In this document: piece by piece, positions 20,623 through 29,783 of the stretch
Numbering within the stretch: position 1 is the stretch's first letter
Layout of the letters: every line of letters begins with the position of its first letter
From: a virus
Reading direction: 5' to 3' (one strand)
IMG/VR virus record: IMGVR_UViG_3300022602_000029
Coordinates: 32,001 to 96,000 of that record
Length of the DNA stretch: 64,000 bases
Notes under the pieces: model-generated
The model's input: only the letters and a program-made list of their open reading frames with translations
The model's database searches: none
Told to the model about the DNA's origin: nothing
Translations under genes and position numbers: made by a program

Positions 20623-23600
20623 ATGGCCAAACAACTACAAAGAATTTACAGCTTCACTCCTGGCACAGCCGGGAATGGATACGTGCTGATACCTGGTAAG
20701 ATCGATCAAAACCAGCTATTACTGATCACGAACGCTACTACCAACAGCTTCTTATATAACTTCGCTGATCCAACCTACGCAGGTACTACGGTAACCTTCA
20801 ATAGAGGCAATAACTCAGTCTTCCCCACAGCGGTCATGAACAGCGACGGATGGACGCAGGTTACATTTGCCATCGACACCAGCGCCATGAGCGCATCACA
20901 CAACATACAGATCTTCACAGAGCGTCCAGAGATCATCACACGCCCCTGGCCCATGGGCACTGATGCTTTCGAACGCCAACGTGTAGCGGCTCCCCAGGCC
21001 ATGATCGACGCTGACTTTGAATATGGACTACAGCCTACTAAATGGCAGGTCTTAGAGAAGATACGTGAAAACGTTGGTTTCTATGAAGTTCCGGGTACTG
21101 ATGGAGCCATCGTCAATATCACTACTGATCAAAGCGGTGGAACACTACTACCATCAGTGTCTAGCCTTATCACAGTTAACACAGTTAACCCACACGGATT
21201 GACGGTAGGCTCAGGTATCAGCATACACGGTATCAACAGCCTAGTCAGTAGCTATAACAAAGCAGAAGGTACTTTCTTCGTTAACTCTGTTCCTACGCTG
21301 AACCAGTTTACCTATTACGCAGTAGGACAAGTGGGCTACAGTCTCCTTGGTGGTACTATCAATGCTGGTACTGATATCAGCACGCCTTATACAGTATTGC
21401 GTACAGCTAAACTATACTACAACAGCGCGATCAGTACAGGCACATTCTCAGTAAACGGCGGTAGCGCATCCACTACTGCTAGCATATCAGTCACCTATGC
21501 TAATCCTCATGGATATGTTGTAGGCGACACGATCAACGTACAGATCACTAGCGATCCTAGCAATGCCAGTGGACACCAACTTGCCGCAGGTACGTTTGTT
21601 ATCACAGGAACATCAGCGCTCAATGTGTTGACCTATAGTGCTAGAAGCAATGGTACTATCACAGGAACACCCGTAGGCGGTGTCTATGCTGGTCCAAGGA
21701 ACTTCTTTGTGCATCGTCCTCCAGATGGCGGCGTCATGTTGTCAACGGACAGCCCCGCCCACGGAGCTGCCGCGATACGACAGACTAAAAAATACATGCG
21801 TTACCAATCTGGTAAGGCCATGAACTTTAATACTGGTATCTTGTTCGCTCCTAACTATTATCTCCGCAGTGCTACAGCTACCAACGTGACTATAGGATCT
21901 ACTATTACCGTAGTCACAGACGAAATCGATCACGGTCTACAACCAGCTGCCACTATCAGCTTAACAGGCGTCGGCAATAACTACGCAGGTACCTACACAG
22001 TGGCCACCATCATAGATAATCGCACATTCACAGTCACAGCCACACAGGTATTGACTAGCGTAACAGCCAGTATACAACCGCCAGCATTGGTCAACCACGT
22101 CAACTGGCACGGATCAACGGTCCGCGTAGGAACTTTTGACGATCAGAACGGCCCGTACTATCAGTTCGATGGTATACAGATGGCCATAGGATTGCGCAAC
22201 AGCGTGGCCCACGTGACCGGAGTCGTTAACGTGACTCCACAAAGCAACAGCATCACTGGTACCAACACGCTTTTCCAAAGCCAACTGATAGCAGGAGACC
22301 GTGTGGTCATCCGCGGAATGACCCATATCGTTACACAGGTAGTCAATAATACGCAGATATACGTTTCTCCTCAATATAGAGGTATAACAGCCACTAGCGG
22401 TATCTACATGACCAAGACTAGGGATCAGATAGTGCCACAAAGCCAATGGAACCTAGATCGTTGCGATGGAAGCAACGGGCCTTTCAACCCTAGTGGTTAT
22501 AATCTAGTAACTAACCGTATGCAGATGGTTGGACTACAATGGACATGGTATGGTGCTGGATTTATCGATTGGATGCTACGTGGTCCAGACGGTAACTATA
22601 TGACAGTACACCGCATCAGGAACAGCAACGTCAACTACGAAGCATGGATGCGTTCTGGTAATATGCCACTACGCTATGAGGTAGTCAATGAAGGCGCACG
22701 TTCCACTTTAACCAACAGCATACTATCGAGTGATACATCTCTACAGATAGCAGATACCACGTTCTTCCCCGTAAGTGGTACAGTGTATGTAGATAACGAA
22801 CTGATAAACTATACAGGAAAGACTTCAACATCGGGACAGGGTACGCTAACAAACCTTACCCGTGCTTATACACTTGGTCCTTACTACAATAACATACAGC
22901 AGAATTTTTCAGCAGGGGCCGCTGCCTCACACAGTAGCAGTACCGGGGTCATATTGGTCAGCTGTACTGCTAGCCCATCAGTGACACACTGGGGTGCGGC
23001 ATACCTAGCAGATGGCGGATTCGACTATGATAGGGGCTACATCTTTAACTATCCTAGCACAAACATAACTGTTAATACCGTCAAAAACACGGTATTTGGT
23101 ATCCGCCTAGCACCTAGCGTTTCAAACGCTGTCACAGGCAACTTAGGAATACGAGATCTTATCAATCGTGCGCAGTTGCTACTACAGGGTATCGAGATTA
23201 CCTGTAACGCATTGACCAGTAACAACCAAGCTATTATTATTGAAGGTGTCCTAAATCCTCAAAACTATCCTAATAATCCTGCTAATATGGTATGGAGACC
23301 ATTGATCGGAACCGGTGCTGGTACTAACACTGGCCAACCTAGCTTCTCGCAGATAGTTCCCCAGGCAGGTATACAGTTTGACGGTACTGCTACCTATGCG
23401 ACTACACTAGCCGCTACAGCAAACACAGGTACTAACGTCATAACGGTAGCGAGCACAGCCAGTATGGCAGTAGGTGACGCACTACAGTTCGCTGGCTGCG
23501 CAGGTAACAGTTTAATAACCAGCATAGGAGTCGGTACAGTGACCCTGAGCCAGAATACCTACACTACTACTACTAACGGATCGCAGGTACTGGGCTATAG

Positions 23601-23829
23601 GAACACATGGGCGGTAGCAGGAGAGACGATCTTTACCTTTATTTCTAACCCATCTGAACGTGACGTGCTAGATCTAACGCCATTGAAAGAGCTAACAAAC
23701 ACTCCATTGGGTGGTCAAGGATGTTATCCAAACGGCCCAGATGCTTTGTTTATTAACATCTATCTGACCCAACAGCCTGTTAACCTAACAGCTAACGTTA
23801 ATCTGCGTTGGTCAGAGACACAGAGTTAA
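20623..23829 (+). CDS. Large virion structural protein (baseplate/tail-associated)
   Basis: Late promoter and SD; DAFERQRVAAP motif, repeated T..PHGL/PHGY beta-sandwich units and a WNxDxxDG.GP..SG motif, which I recognise from large-myovirus structural proteins. Confidence 0.6.
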   Translation: MAKQLQRIYSFTPGTAGNGYVLIPGKIDQNQLLLITNATTNSFLYNFADPTYAGTTVTFNRGNNSVFPTAVMNSDGWTQVTFAIDTSAMSASHNIQIFTERPEIITRPWPMGTDAFERQRVAAPQAMIDADFEYGLQPTKWQVLEKIRENVGFYEVPGTDGAIVNITTDQSGGTLLPSVSSLITVNTVNPHGLTVGSGISIHGINSLVSSYNKAEGTFFVNSVPTLNQFTYYAVGQVGYSLLGGTINAGTDISTPYTVLRTAKLYYNSAISTGTFSVNGGSASTTASISVTYANPHGYVVGDTINVQITSDPSNASGHQLAAGTFVITGTSALNVLTYSARSNGTITGTPVGGVYAGPRNFFVHRPPDGGVMLSTDSPAHGAAAIRQTKKYMRYQSGKAMNFNTGILFAPNYYLRSATATNVTIGSTITVVTDEIDHGLQPAATISLTGVGNNYAGTYTVATIIDNRTFTVTATQVLTSVTASIQPPALVNHVNWHGSTVRVGTFDDQNGPYYQFDGIQMAIGLRNSVAHVTGVVNVTPQSNSITGTNTLFQSQLIAGDRVVIRGMTHIVTQVVNNTQIYVSPQYRGITATSGIYMTKTRDQIVPQSQWNLDRCDGSNGPFNPSGYNLVTNRMQMVGLQWTWYGAGFIDWMLRGPDGNYMTVHRIRNSNVNYEAWMRSGNMPLRYEVVNEGARSTLTNSILSSDTSLQIADTTFFPVSGTVYVDNELINYTGKTSTSGQGTLTNLTRAYTLGPYYNNIQQNFSAGAAASHSSSTGVILVSCTASPSVTHWGAAYLADGGFDYDRGYIFNYPSTNITVNTVKNTVFGIRLAPSVSNAVTGNLGIRDLINRAQLLLQGIEITCNALTSNNQAIIIEGVLNPQNYPNNPANMVWRPLIGTGAGTNTGQPSFSQIVPQAGIQFDGTATYATTLAATANTGTNVITVASTASMAVGDALQFAGCAGNSLITSIGVGTVTLSQNTYTTTTNGSQVLGYRNTWAVAGETIFTFISNPSERDVLDLTPLKELTNTPLGGQGCYPNGPDALFINIYLTQQPVNLTANVNLRWSETQS

Positions 23830-23861
23830 TCTGTGCTCTATAACGCTGTCAGAGGAAACTT

Positions 23862-24845
23862 ATGACCATAGCAGAAAATCTGAGTTTTTTCCTATCGACC
23901 GGTACTACTACTACCAGCGTACCTAGCAACCTGGTAGTAAGTAGCCTGACTATAGGAACTGCTACTTTCACTAACAGCAACATAGCTCCTCAAACATATC
24001 AGACTACCGGGAATGGATTATCTACTAGTTTCTCTTTACCATTCACTCCTTCCGCACTGACTGGTTTAATCGCGACTATAGATGGAATAACTGAATACGA
24101 CTACTCACTCAATGGGAACACGGTCACCTTCAACTTCGTTCCCGCTAATAATACCATAATAAGATTCTTTAGCACAGGCATACCTGGACTAGTCAGCACA
24201 GCCACACTAGGTCCGGGCACAGTTACCAGCAGTAGCTTTGCCGCTGGCGCTATCCTAGCCAGTTTAGGTTATACACCAGCTAACAAAAACGGAGATACAT
24301 TCTCAGGAACATTTGTTCTATCGGGATCTAGCACGATCAACGGTTGGCCTATCAACACAGGTACTATTGTTGTTACTAGCACTGCTACACTGATGGCACA
24401 GGCAGTAACCGCTACCTATGCGGCGACGGCATATTCTCTAGCTTCAACAGCTACGGCATATCAATATACATCAGGAACCAACGTTACTTCTGCATTGACT
24501 CCTGCGGTGGTATGGGCGGCAGCGGCTCCCGTGACTCTAACTGATGCGTCTAGTATCACTATAGATATGAGCACGGGATTTAACTTTAGCCTATTGACTA
24601 CATCTGGAGTAGGAGCCACTAGGACACTGGCCAATCCAGCTAACATAAAACCAGGGCAAACAGGATGGATCTCAGTCACACAGAGTAGCAGTGGTAATAA
24701 TGCTGTGGCATTTGGTAATAACTGGCATTTTTCTACAGGCACAGTGACAACAGTCTCTAACTCTGCCAACGCCGTAGATCTTATCTACTATACAGCAGTA
24801 ACCAACAGTTATCTGCTAACCACCATCGCAAAATATTGGTTCTAA
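23862..24845 (+). CDS. Tail fibre protein
   Basis: SD GAGG; Ig-like module (GNGLSTSFSLPF...IDGI...DYSL) and C-terminal LTDASSITIDMS...TLANP.N..PGQTG...TQ domain typical of phage fibre tips. Confidence 0.6.
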   Translation: MTIAENLSFFLSTGTTTTSVPSNLVVSSLTIGTATFTNSNIAPQTYQTTGNGLSTSFSLPFTPSALTGLIATIDGITEYDYSLNGNTVTFNFVPANNTIIRFFSTGIPGLVSTATLGPGTVTSSSFAAGAILASLGYTPANKNGDTFSGTFVLSGSSTINGWPINTGTIVVTSTATLMAQAVTATYAATAYSLASTATAYQYTSGTNVTSALTPAVVWAAAAPVTLTDASSITIDMSTGFNFSLLTTSGVGATRTLANPANIKPGQTGWISVTQSSSGNNAVAFGNNWHFSTGTVTTVSNSANAVDLIYYTAVTNSYLLTTIAKYWF

Positions 24846-24846
24846 T

Positions 24847-25875
24847 ATGCTGCCGGGAATAATAGGAAATCAAGGAATACGGATACCTACAGTAAAAGCT
24901 GGAGGTGGAGGCGGAAGTGCCAGTGGCAGCATAATCTATGCCACAGCCGGAAGTTACAGTTGGACAGTCCCTACAGGAGTAACGTCAGTTAGTGTGGTAG
25001 TGATCGGAGGTGGCGCCGGAGGGTCAACAGGAGGTACATTCAATCCCTGTGCCGCTGGAGGTGCTAGTAGTTTTGCTAGTTGTACTATAACTGCCAATGG
25101 TGGATCAAGTGGCGCAGGTGGTGGTCCTGCAGGTTCTTATACTGCAGGATTTAATGGTGGCAGCTCAGTTGGGTGTAGTGGTGCGGGGGGAGCGGGAGGA
25201 TACGCCGGCGCAGGTGGTGCGGGCGGTGCAGGTAGCACAGGCGCTCCTGCCGCCGGAACAGGAGGAGCAGGTGGAGGCGGCGCCGATGGTAATGGCGGCT
25301 CTAGTGGCGGTGGTGGCGGAGTTGGCGTATTTGGCCAGGGATGCAATGGAGCCGCTGGTGTGAGTCCCGGAAACTTTGGAGGAGGTGGCGGCTCTGGTGG
25401 CGGCAACGGAGGACAGGGTGGCGGCAATGGTAGCGGTAATACAAGAGCCCAGACCTGGGGACTAGCCGGGGGTGGCGGAACAGCAACCGGCGGTGCGGCC
25501 AGTGGCACAGACGGAAGTAATGCAACGGCCAACGGTGGTGCGCTAACTACCACAGGTGGAGGGAATGGAGGGAGTTTCAACGGAGCAATCTGTGCTTCTA
25601 CACGACCGGGCGGTGGCGGAGGCGGAGGCGCATTTGGCGGAGGCGGCGGTTCGGGCGGATATTATTATCCGTCAGGCGGAGGTGGAGCACTTGCCTATCT
25701 GAACAACTATGCTGTAACTCCTGGACAACAGTATACTCTTGTCGTTGGTCGCGGCGGTGCCGGTAATGCAGGTGCTAGCTATGGCGGATCAGGATCTGGA
25801 GGTGCTGGTGCTGTGCGCATAGTGTGGCCAGGGACCACTAGACTATTCCCATCAACAAATGTAAATACGGTGTAA
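24847..25875 (+). CDS. Glycine-rich tail-associated protein
   Basis: YSWTVPTGVTSVSVVVIGGGAGG...GGGGALAYLNN..VTPG..Y.LVVG.GG...GAVRIVWPG, a common phage Gly-rich domain. Confidence 0.75.
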   Translation: MLPGIIGNQGIRIPTVKAGGGGGSASGSIIYATAGSYSWTVPTGVTSVSVVVIGGGAGGSTGGTFNPCAAGGASSFASCTITANGGSSGAGGGPAGSYTAGFNGGSSVGCSGAGGAGGYAGAGGAGGAGSTGAPAAGTGGAGGGGADGNGGSSGGGGGVGVFGQGCNGAAGVSPGNFGGGGGSGGGNGGQGGGNGSGNTRAQTWGLAGGGGTATGGAASGTDGSNATANGGALTTTGGGNGGSFNGAICASTRPGGGGGGGAFGGGGGSGGYYYPSGGGGALAYLNNYAVTPGQQYTLVVGRGGAGNAGASYGGSGSGGAGAVRIVWPGTTRLFPSTNVNTV

Positions 25876-25877
25876 AA

Positions 25878-26375
25878 ATGGATTCGCAGTTAGAAAAAAT
25901 GGGATTATTTCCTTCGACCTTGTTCATCAAGGTCATAGATGGGCAACCAGTTGATCACCCCATGCTCGATATTAATCTAAAACACATCTATGGATCATTA
26001 GAAGATATTCCTCCAGAATATAAACTGTTTTTGCGTGTTCCTCAAAATGTCACCCCGGGACATTTCCAAAAAGCCGTAGCTACATATCAAGAAGTCGACG
26101 GTGTATGGCAAGATGTTTGGGTCATAGAAGATATGAATGAAGAAGAAACAGCGGCTAGGGAAAAAGAAATCCATGCTTGGGCCACGCAGGCAGAAACAAG
26201 TTTAAGACGCAAAACTGAAATGATCTTAAACGAATCAAAAAATCCCGATGAAATAGCCGCATTGACTCAATACCTGTCGCTGTTAGATGCTTGGGAGCTT
26301 GACATCACTAATCCGGTATTTCCTAATCCACCAGTTTTTAATCCGACCACTAACAGTTGGGAAATTCCATCATAA
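25878..26375 (+). CDS. Hypothetical protein, possible tail-fibre assembly factor
   Basis: Coupled to the Gly-rich gene; FIKVIDGQPVDHP...YQEVDGVWQDVW and a C-terminal W...FP..P pattern like fibre chaperones. Confidence 0.45.
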   Translation: MDSQLEKMGLFPSTLFIKVIDGQPVDHPMLDINLKHIYGSLEDIPPEYKLFLRVPQNVTPGHFQKAVATYQEVDGVWQDVWVIEDMNEEETAAREKEIHAWATQAETSLRRKTEMILNESKNPDEIAALTQYLSLLDAWELDITNPVFPNPPVFNPTTNSWEIPS

Positions 26376-26379
26376 AAAT

Positions 26380-26409
26380 TTGACATTGGTTCCTTTTGAC
26401 ATATATACT
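26380..26409 (+). promoter_or_regulatory. Sigma70-like promoter TTGACA-N18-TATACT
   Basis: Near-consensus -35/-10 boxes upstream of the 2OG oxygenase. Confidence 0.65.
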
Positions 26410-26427
26410 AGAAGTATAGGAACAGCT

Positions 26428-27111
26428 ATGACAAAGAAAAAACAAAAAGTAAAAATACAAGAATCTGAAAATCTAGAAAACTGGTTATTTTTTCCAACAT
26501 TGGTTTATAAAATTACCAAAACTAATTTCCTAGAATCTGTCAAGACTGTAGCCTATGAACAGATTGATAAAATAGAAAAAAAATCAACAGGTAAACCTTC
26601 TGTACACCAAAGTGAAAATATATATCTTGATCCAAGGCTTGATGAATTTTCTAAATATGTAGCAGATACTGCGTGGAACATATTGTCCAGCCAAGGGCAT
26701 AGAATGGAAGGTAAGTTCACTTCCTATACAGAAATGTGGGCACAGGAAATCGAACAATATGCTTTCATGCCATATCATGTCCATGGCTCAGGTAATCAGA
26801 TCAGCGGATTTTATTTTTTAGATTGCCCCGAAGAAGCTTCGAAAGTCATCATCTATGACCCCCGTCCTGGAAAAGTGCAGATAAATCTAGAAGAAACTGA
26901 CGTTAGTAAAGCTACCTATGCCAGTGGTATGTGCAACTTTACGCCAGAACCGGGCATGTTGATATTTTTCAACAGCTGGTTACCCCATGCTTTTGGAGAA
27001 AACTTATCTGCAGACCCTTTGAGATTTATACATTTTAATCTTTCAATAGTGGAAAACAGCACATTCCTACCTATGAGCCAAGTTGATTCCGCGGCACCTA
27101 TAGTGGTATGA
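26428..27111 (+). CDS. 2OG-Fe(II) oxygenase (TIGR02466-like)
   Basis: FFPTLVY...WAQ...HVHG...ISGFYFL...YDPRP...F.PEPG..IFFNSWLPH. ATG 26428 is preferred over 26287 because a sigma70-like promoter lies at 26380-26409. Confidence 0.8.
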   Translation: MTKKKQKVKIQESENLENWLFFPTLVYKITKTNFLESVKTVAYEQIDKIEKKSTGKPSVHQSENIYLDPRLDEFSKYVADTAWNILSSQGHRMEGKFTSYTEMWAQEIEQYAFMPYHVHGSGNQISGFYFLDCPEEASKVIIYDPRPGKVQINLEETDVSKATYASGMCNFTPEPGMLIFFNSWLPHAFGENLSADPLRFIHFNLSIVENSTFLPMSQVDSAAPIVV

Positions 27112-27359
27112 ACAAATATCTTATCAGATTCAATAAAAGCAAAGGTCAACCTGGTAGAGGTTCTATCGACCATGCTTGGCGTATATTTGAAAATGATCAA
27201 GAATACCTAGTTAAACATGTAAAAATACTAGTTCCTTGTCATGATGAAGTATCAAAAGATGGACTAGGTAATGACGATTGGAATATCTGCTGTTACGGGC
27301 GAATGACCTTAGACAAAAAAACATCAACAGCGACTATATCTCCTGCAGAAAAAGTCTAA
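27108..27359 (+). CDS. Hypothetical phage protein
   Basis: 83 aa, ATGA-coupled to the oxygenase; YLIRFNKSKGQPGRG..DHAWRIFE. Confidence 0.6.
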   Translation: MNKYLIRFNKSKGQPGRGSIDHAWRIFENDQEYLVKHVKILVPCHDEVSKDGLGNDDWNICCYGRMTLDKKTSTATISPAEKV

Positions 27360-27392
27360 AGTTCTAGTAAAACTCATCGCCGGTGTTATATG

Positions 27393-27400
27393 TATAAATA
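27393..27400 (+). promoter_or_regulatory. Late promoter TATAAATA, 6 nt before ATG 27407
   Basis: Exact T4 consensus, no SD. Confidence 0.7.
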
Positions 27401-27406
27401 TAACAA

Positions 27407-29782
27407 ATGGCAAAACAACAGATATTTACTAGCGATGTAACGCCCGGATCAGCGGGCACGGTCCTTTACAGCAACGGAACCAGCGTTTCGTGGGTATCCA
27501 CAGGCAGTTTGGGGATAGCCGGTGGGGGTGTCACGCAGATAGTAGCAGGCAACAACGTCACTATCAGTCCTTCAGGGGGTCAAGGAGCTGTAACTATATG
27601 CGCTGGCAGCGCCACCAGCGGCAGCCTAGGAACCTGCGGTCAGTTTCTAGTTATCAGTCCCACAAATAGCAGTAGCACCGGGGTTAATAATATAGCTATC
27701 GGCTGCTGTTCATTCAGCGCTAATACCACTGGTTGCAACAATCTAGCACTAGGTTACGGATCTCTAAGATCTAATACCATAGGCTCTTGCAACGTCGCAC
27801 TAGGTTTCTGCAGCCTCTACGCTAACACTACCGGTGGTTACAACACAGCAGTGGGCGCTAGGAGCCTATACTGCAACACTACTGGGGCCGCGAACACCGC
27901 AGTAGGTTACGCCAACCTCTTCAACAATACTAGCGGAGTTAATAATACGGCTATAGGTCAAGGCAGCCTCTACTCTAACACTACCGGCAGCTACAACACC
28001 GCAGTAGGTAGTGGCAGTCTCTGCGTTAACACATCTGGCACCAACAACACCGCAGTAGGAGTCAACAGTCTCTTCTCTAATATTATCGGTTCCAGTAACA
28101 CCGCAGTAGGTTTCGATAGTCTCACCAACAATACCCTTGGCAACGGTAACACCGCAGTAGGAACCTACGGCCTCTATGCCAACACTATTGGCTCTCGTAA
28201 CACCGCACTAGGCCCCTACAGCCTCTATTGCAATACCACTGGCATCAATAACACCGCACTAGGCTATAACAGCCTCTTAAACAATACCTATGGTAGCACC
28301 AACATAGCAGTAGGGTATGGTGCAGGCTCTAGTATTACAACAGGTATCGGTAATGTAATTTTAGGAAATTATGCTGGATCAGCCGCATTGGCATGTATAT
28401 TCGTGGTACAGGCAGGCAACTGCGTGAGACTATGCGTCAATAACAGCGGACTTTTTGTGAATGGATCTGCCATAAGTGGTGGGGGCGGTGCTAGCCTAGG
28501 TACCTGCTGCCAGTTCCTAGTTATCAGTCCAACAAATAGCAGTAGTACTGGCGCAAATAATATTGCTATTGGTTGCTGTTCATTAAGTGTGAATACCACC
28601 GGCTCTAATAACATAGCATTAGGTTATGGCTCATTGAAATCCAATACCACTGGCGGATGTAATACAGCAATAGGTTTTAACAGCCTCAAGTGCAACACCA
28701 CTGGCGGCTATAACACCGCAGTAGGCTATGGCAGTCTCGTCTGCAACACCACTGGCAACAGTAACGTCGCAGTAGGCCTTAAGGCTCTCTATGGAAACAC
28801 TATTGGCCTCTGTAACGTCGCAGTGGGTGTTAACAGTCTTCTATGCAACACCACCGGCTCTAATAACATAGCATTAGGATACGGAGCTTTAAAAGTTAAC
28901 ACTTCGGGTTGTAATAACTACGCAATAGGAATTTTAAGTATGTGCTCCAACACTACTGGATATAATAACGTAGCTATAGGACAAAACATATTGAGCTGTG
29001 CTACAGTTCCTTGTCTAACCGTAGCCATAGGAAACGGAGCTATTGGTTATAGTACTGCGCCTGCGAATAATGTCGCTATAGGCTCAAGTGCCGGCAGAGG
29101 CTATCCATTCCAGCCTGGTGGATATGGCAATATCAGTATAGGCGCAGGCGTCATGCAGAATATCTACAATGGTGGCTATAATATTGGCGTAGGTTTATAT
29201 AGCCTATATAGCAACACTACCGGTGCTTTTAATACTGCTATTGGAGGTTGTGCTTTATTTAATAATACCACCGGATGTGGTAATACGGCCCTTGGATTGG
29301 CTGCAGGTTGTTCACTAATCGGCGGATGCAACAATACCATGATAGGCTGTAATGCGCAGGCTGCATCAACTACCAGCTGTAACAGTATCACGCTAGGTGA
29401 TGGCAATATCACAAGCCTACGCAGTAATGTGCAGACTATCAGCACCTTATCTGATTGCCGTGATAAGACCTGTATCGCACCCATAGCTGTAGGATTGGAA
29501 TTCGTCCGTGCCCTACGTCCAGTGACTTTTACCTGGAACCGCAGAGACGGCAGCATGGTCGACAAGACTAGCAGTGGATTTATTGCGCAAGAACTAGATG
29601 AAGTACAGAATCGATTCACCGCCACTGACTATTTAAATCTGGTATTGAATGATAATCCTGATCGCTTAGAAGCCAACGCAGGAAATCTACTACCAGTGCT
29701 AGTACGAGCTATACAGGAGTTGTCTATAGAAAACGAAGATTTGAGATCCAGGATAGAGATCTTAGAAGGAAAGATAGTATAA
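27407..29782 (+). CDS. Tail fibre with Cys-rich 17-aa repeats and C-terminal peptidase S74 intramolecular chaperone
   Basis: Two repeat arrays; SDCRDK...GLEFVRALRPVTFTW...GFIAQEL...LLPVLVRAIQELS, followed by a coiled coil. Confidence 0.85.
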   Translation: MAKQQIFTSDVTPGSAGTVLYSNGTSVSWVSTGSLGIAGGGVTQIVAGNNVTISPSGGQGAVTICAGSATSGSLGTCGQFLVISPTNSSSTGVNNIAIGCCSFSANTTGCNNLALGYGSLRSNTIGSCNVALGFCSLYANTTGGYNTAVGARSLYCNTTGAANTAVGYANLFNNTSGVNNTAIGQGSLYSNTTGSYNTAVGSGSLCVNTSGTNNTAVGVNSLFSNIIGSSNTAVGFDSLTNNTLGNGNTAVGTYGLYANTIGSRNTALGPYSLYCNTTGINNTALGYNSLLNNTYGSTNIAVGYGAGSSITTGIGNVILGNYAGSAALACIFVVQAGNCVRLCVNNSGLFVNGSAISGGGGASLGTCCQFLVISPTNSSSTGANNIAIGCCSLSVNTTGSNNIALGYGSLKSNTTGGCNTAIGFNSLKCNTTGGYNTAVGYGSLVCNTTGNSNVAVGLKALYGNTIGLCNVAVGVNSLLCNTTGSNNIALGYGALKVNTSGCNNYAIGILSMCSNTTGYNNVAIGQNILSCATVPCLTVAIGNGAIGYSTAPANNVAIGSSAGRGYPFQPGGYGNISIGAGVMQNIYNGGYNIGVGLYSLYSNTTGAFNTAIGGCALFNNTTGCGNTALGLAAGCSLIGGCNNTMIGCNAQAASTTSCNSITLGDGNITSLRSNVQTISTLSDCRDKTCIAPIAVGLEFVRALRPVTFTWNRRDGSMVDKTSSGFIAQELDEVQNRFTATDYLNLVLNDNPDRLEANAGNLLPVLVRAIQELSIENEDLRSRIEILEGKIV
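28337..28581 (+). repeat. Inter-gene repeat, copy 1: 118 bp (28337-28454) and 65 bp (28517-28581) identical to 31098-31215 and 31269-31333
   Basis: Compared base by base. Confidence 0.9.
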
Positions 29783-29783
29783 C

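Noticed and set aside
25097-25580. Pro-rich minus-strand ORF 25137-25580 and overlapping alternative-frame ORFs
   Set aside because: Shadow frames of the GGN-rich glycine gene, with no promoter or SD support.
24847-25875. Mycobacterial PE-PGRS gene
   Set aside because: No PE domain; the flanking motifs match phage glycine-rich tail proteins.
26287-26427. Longer starts from the ORF track (26287, 33190, 37353, 43027, 44928, 48407)
   Set aside because: They overlap upstream genes or promoters; downstream ATGs have better SD or promoter context.
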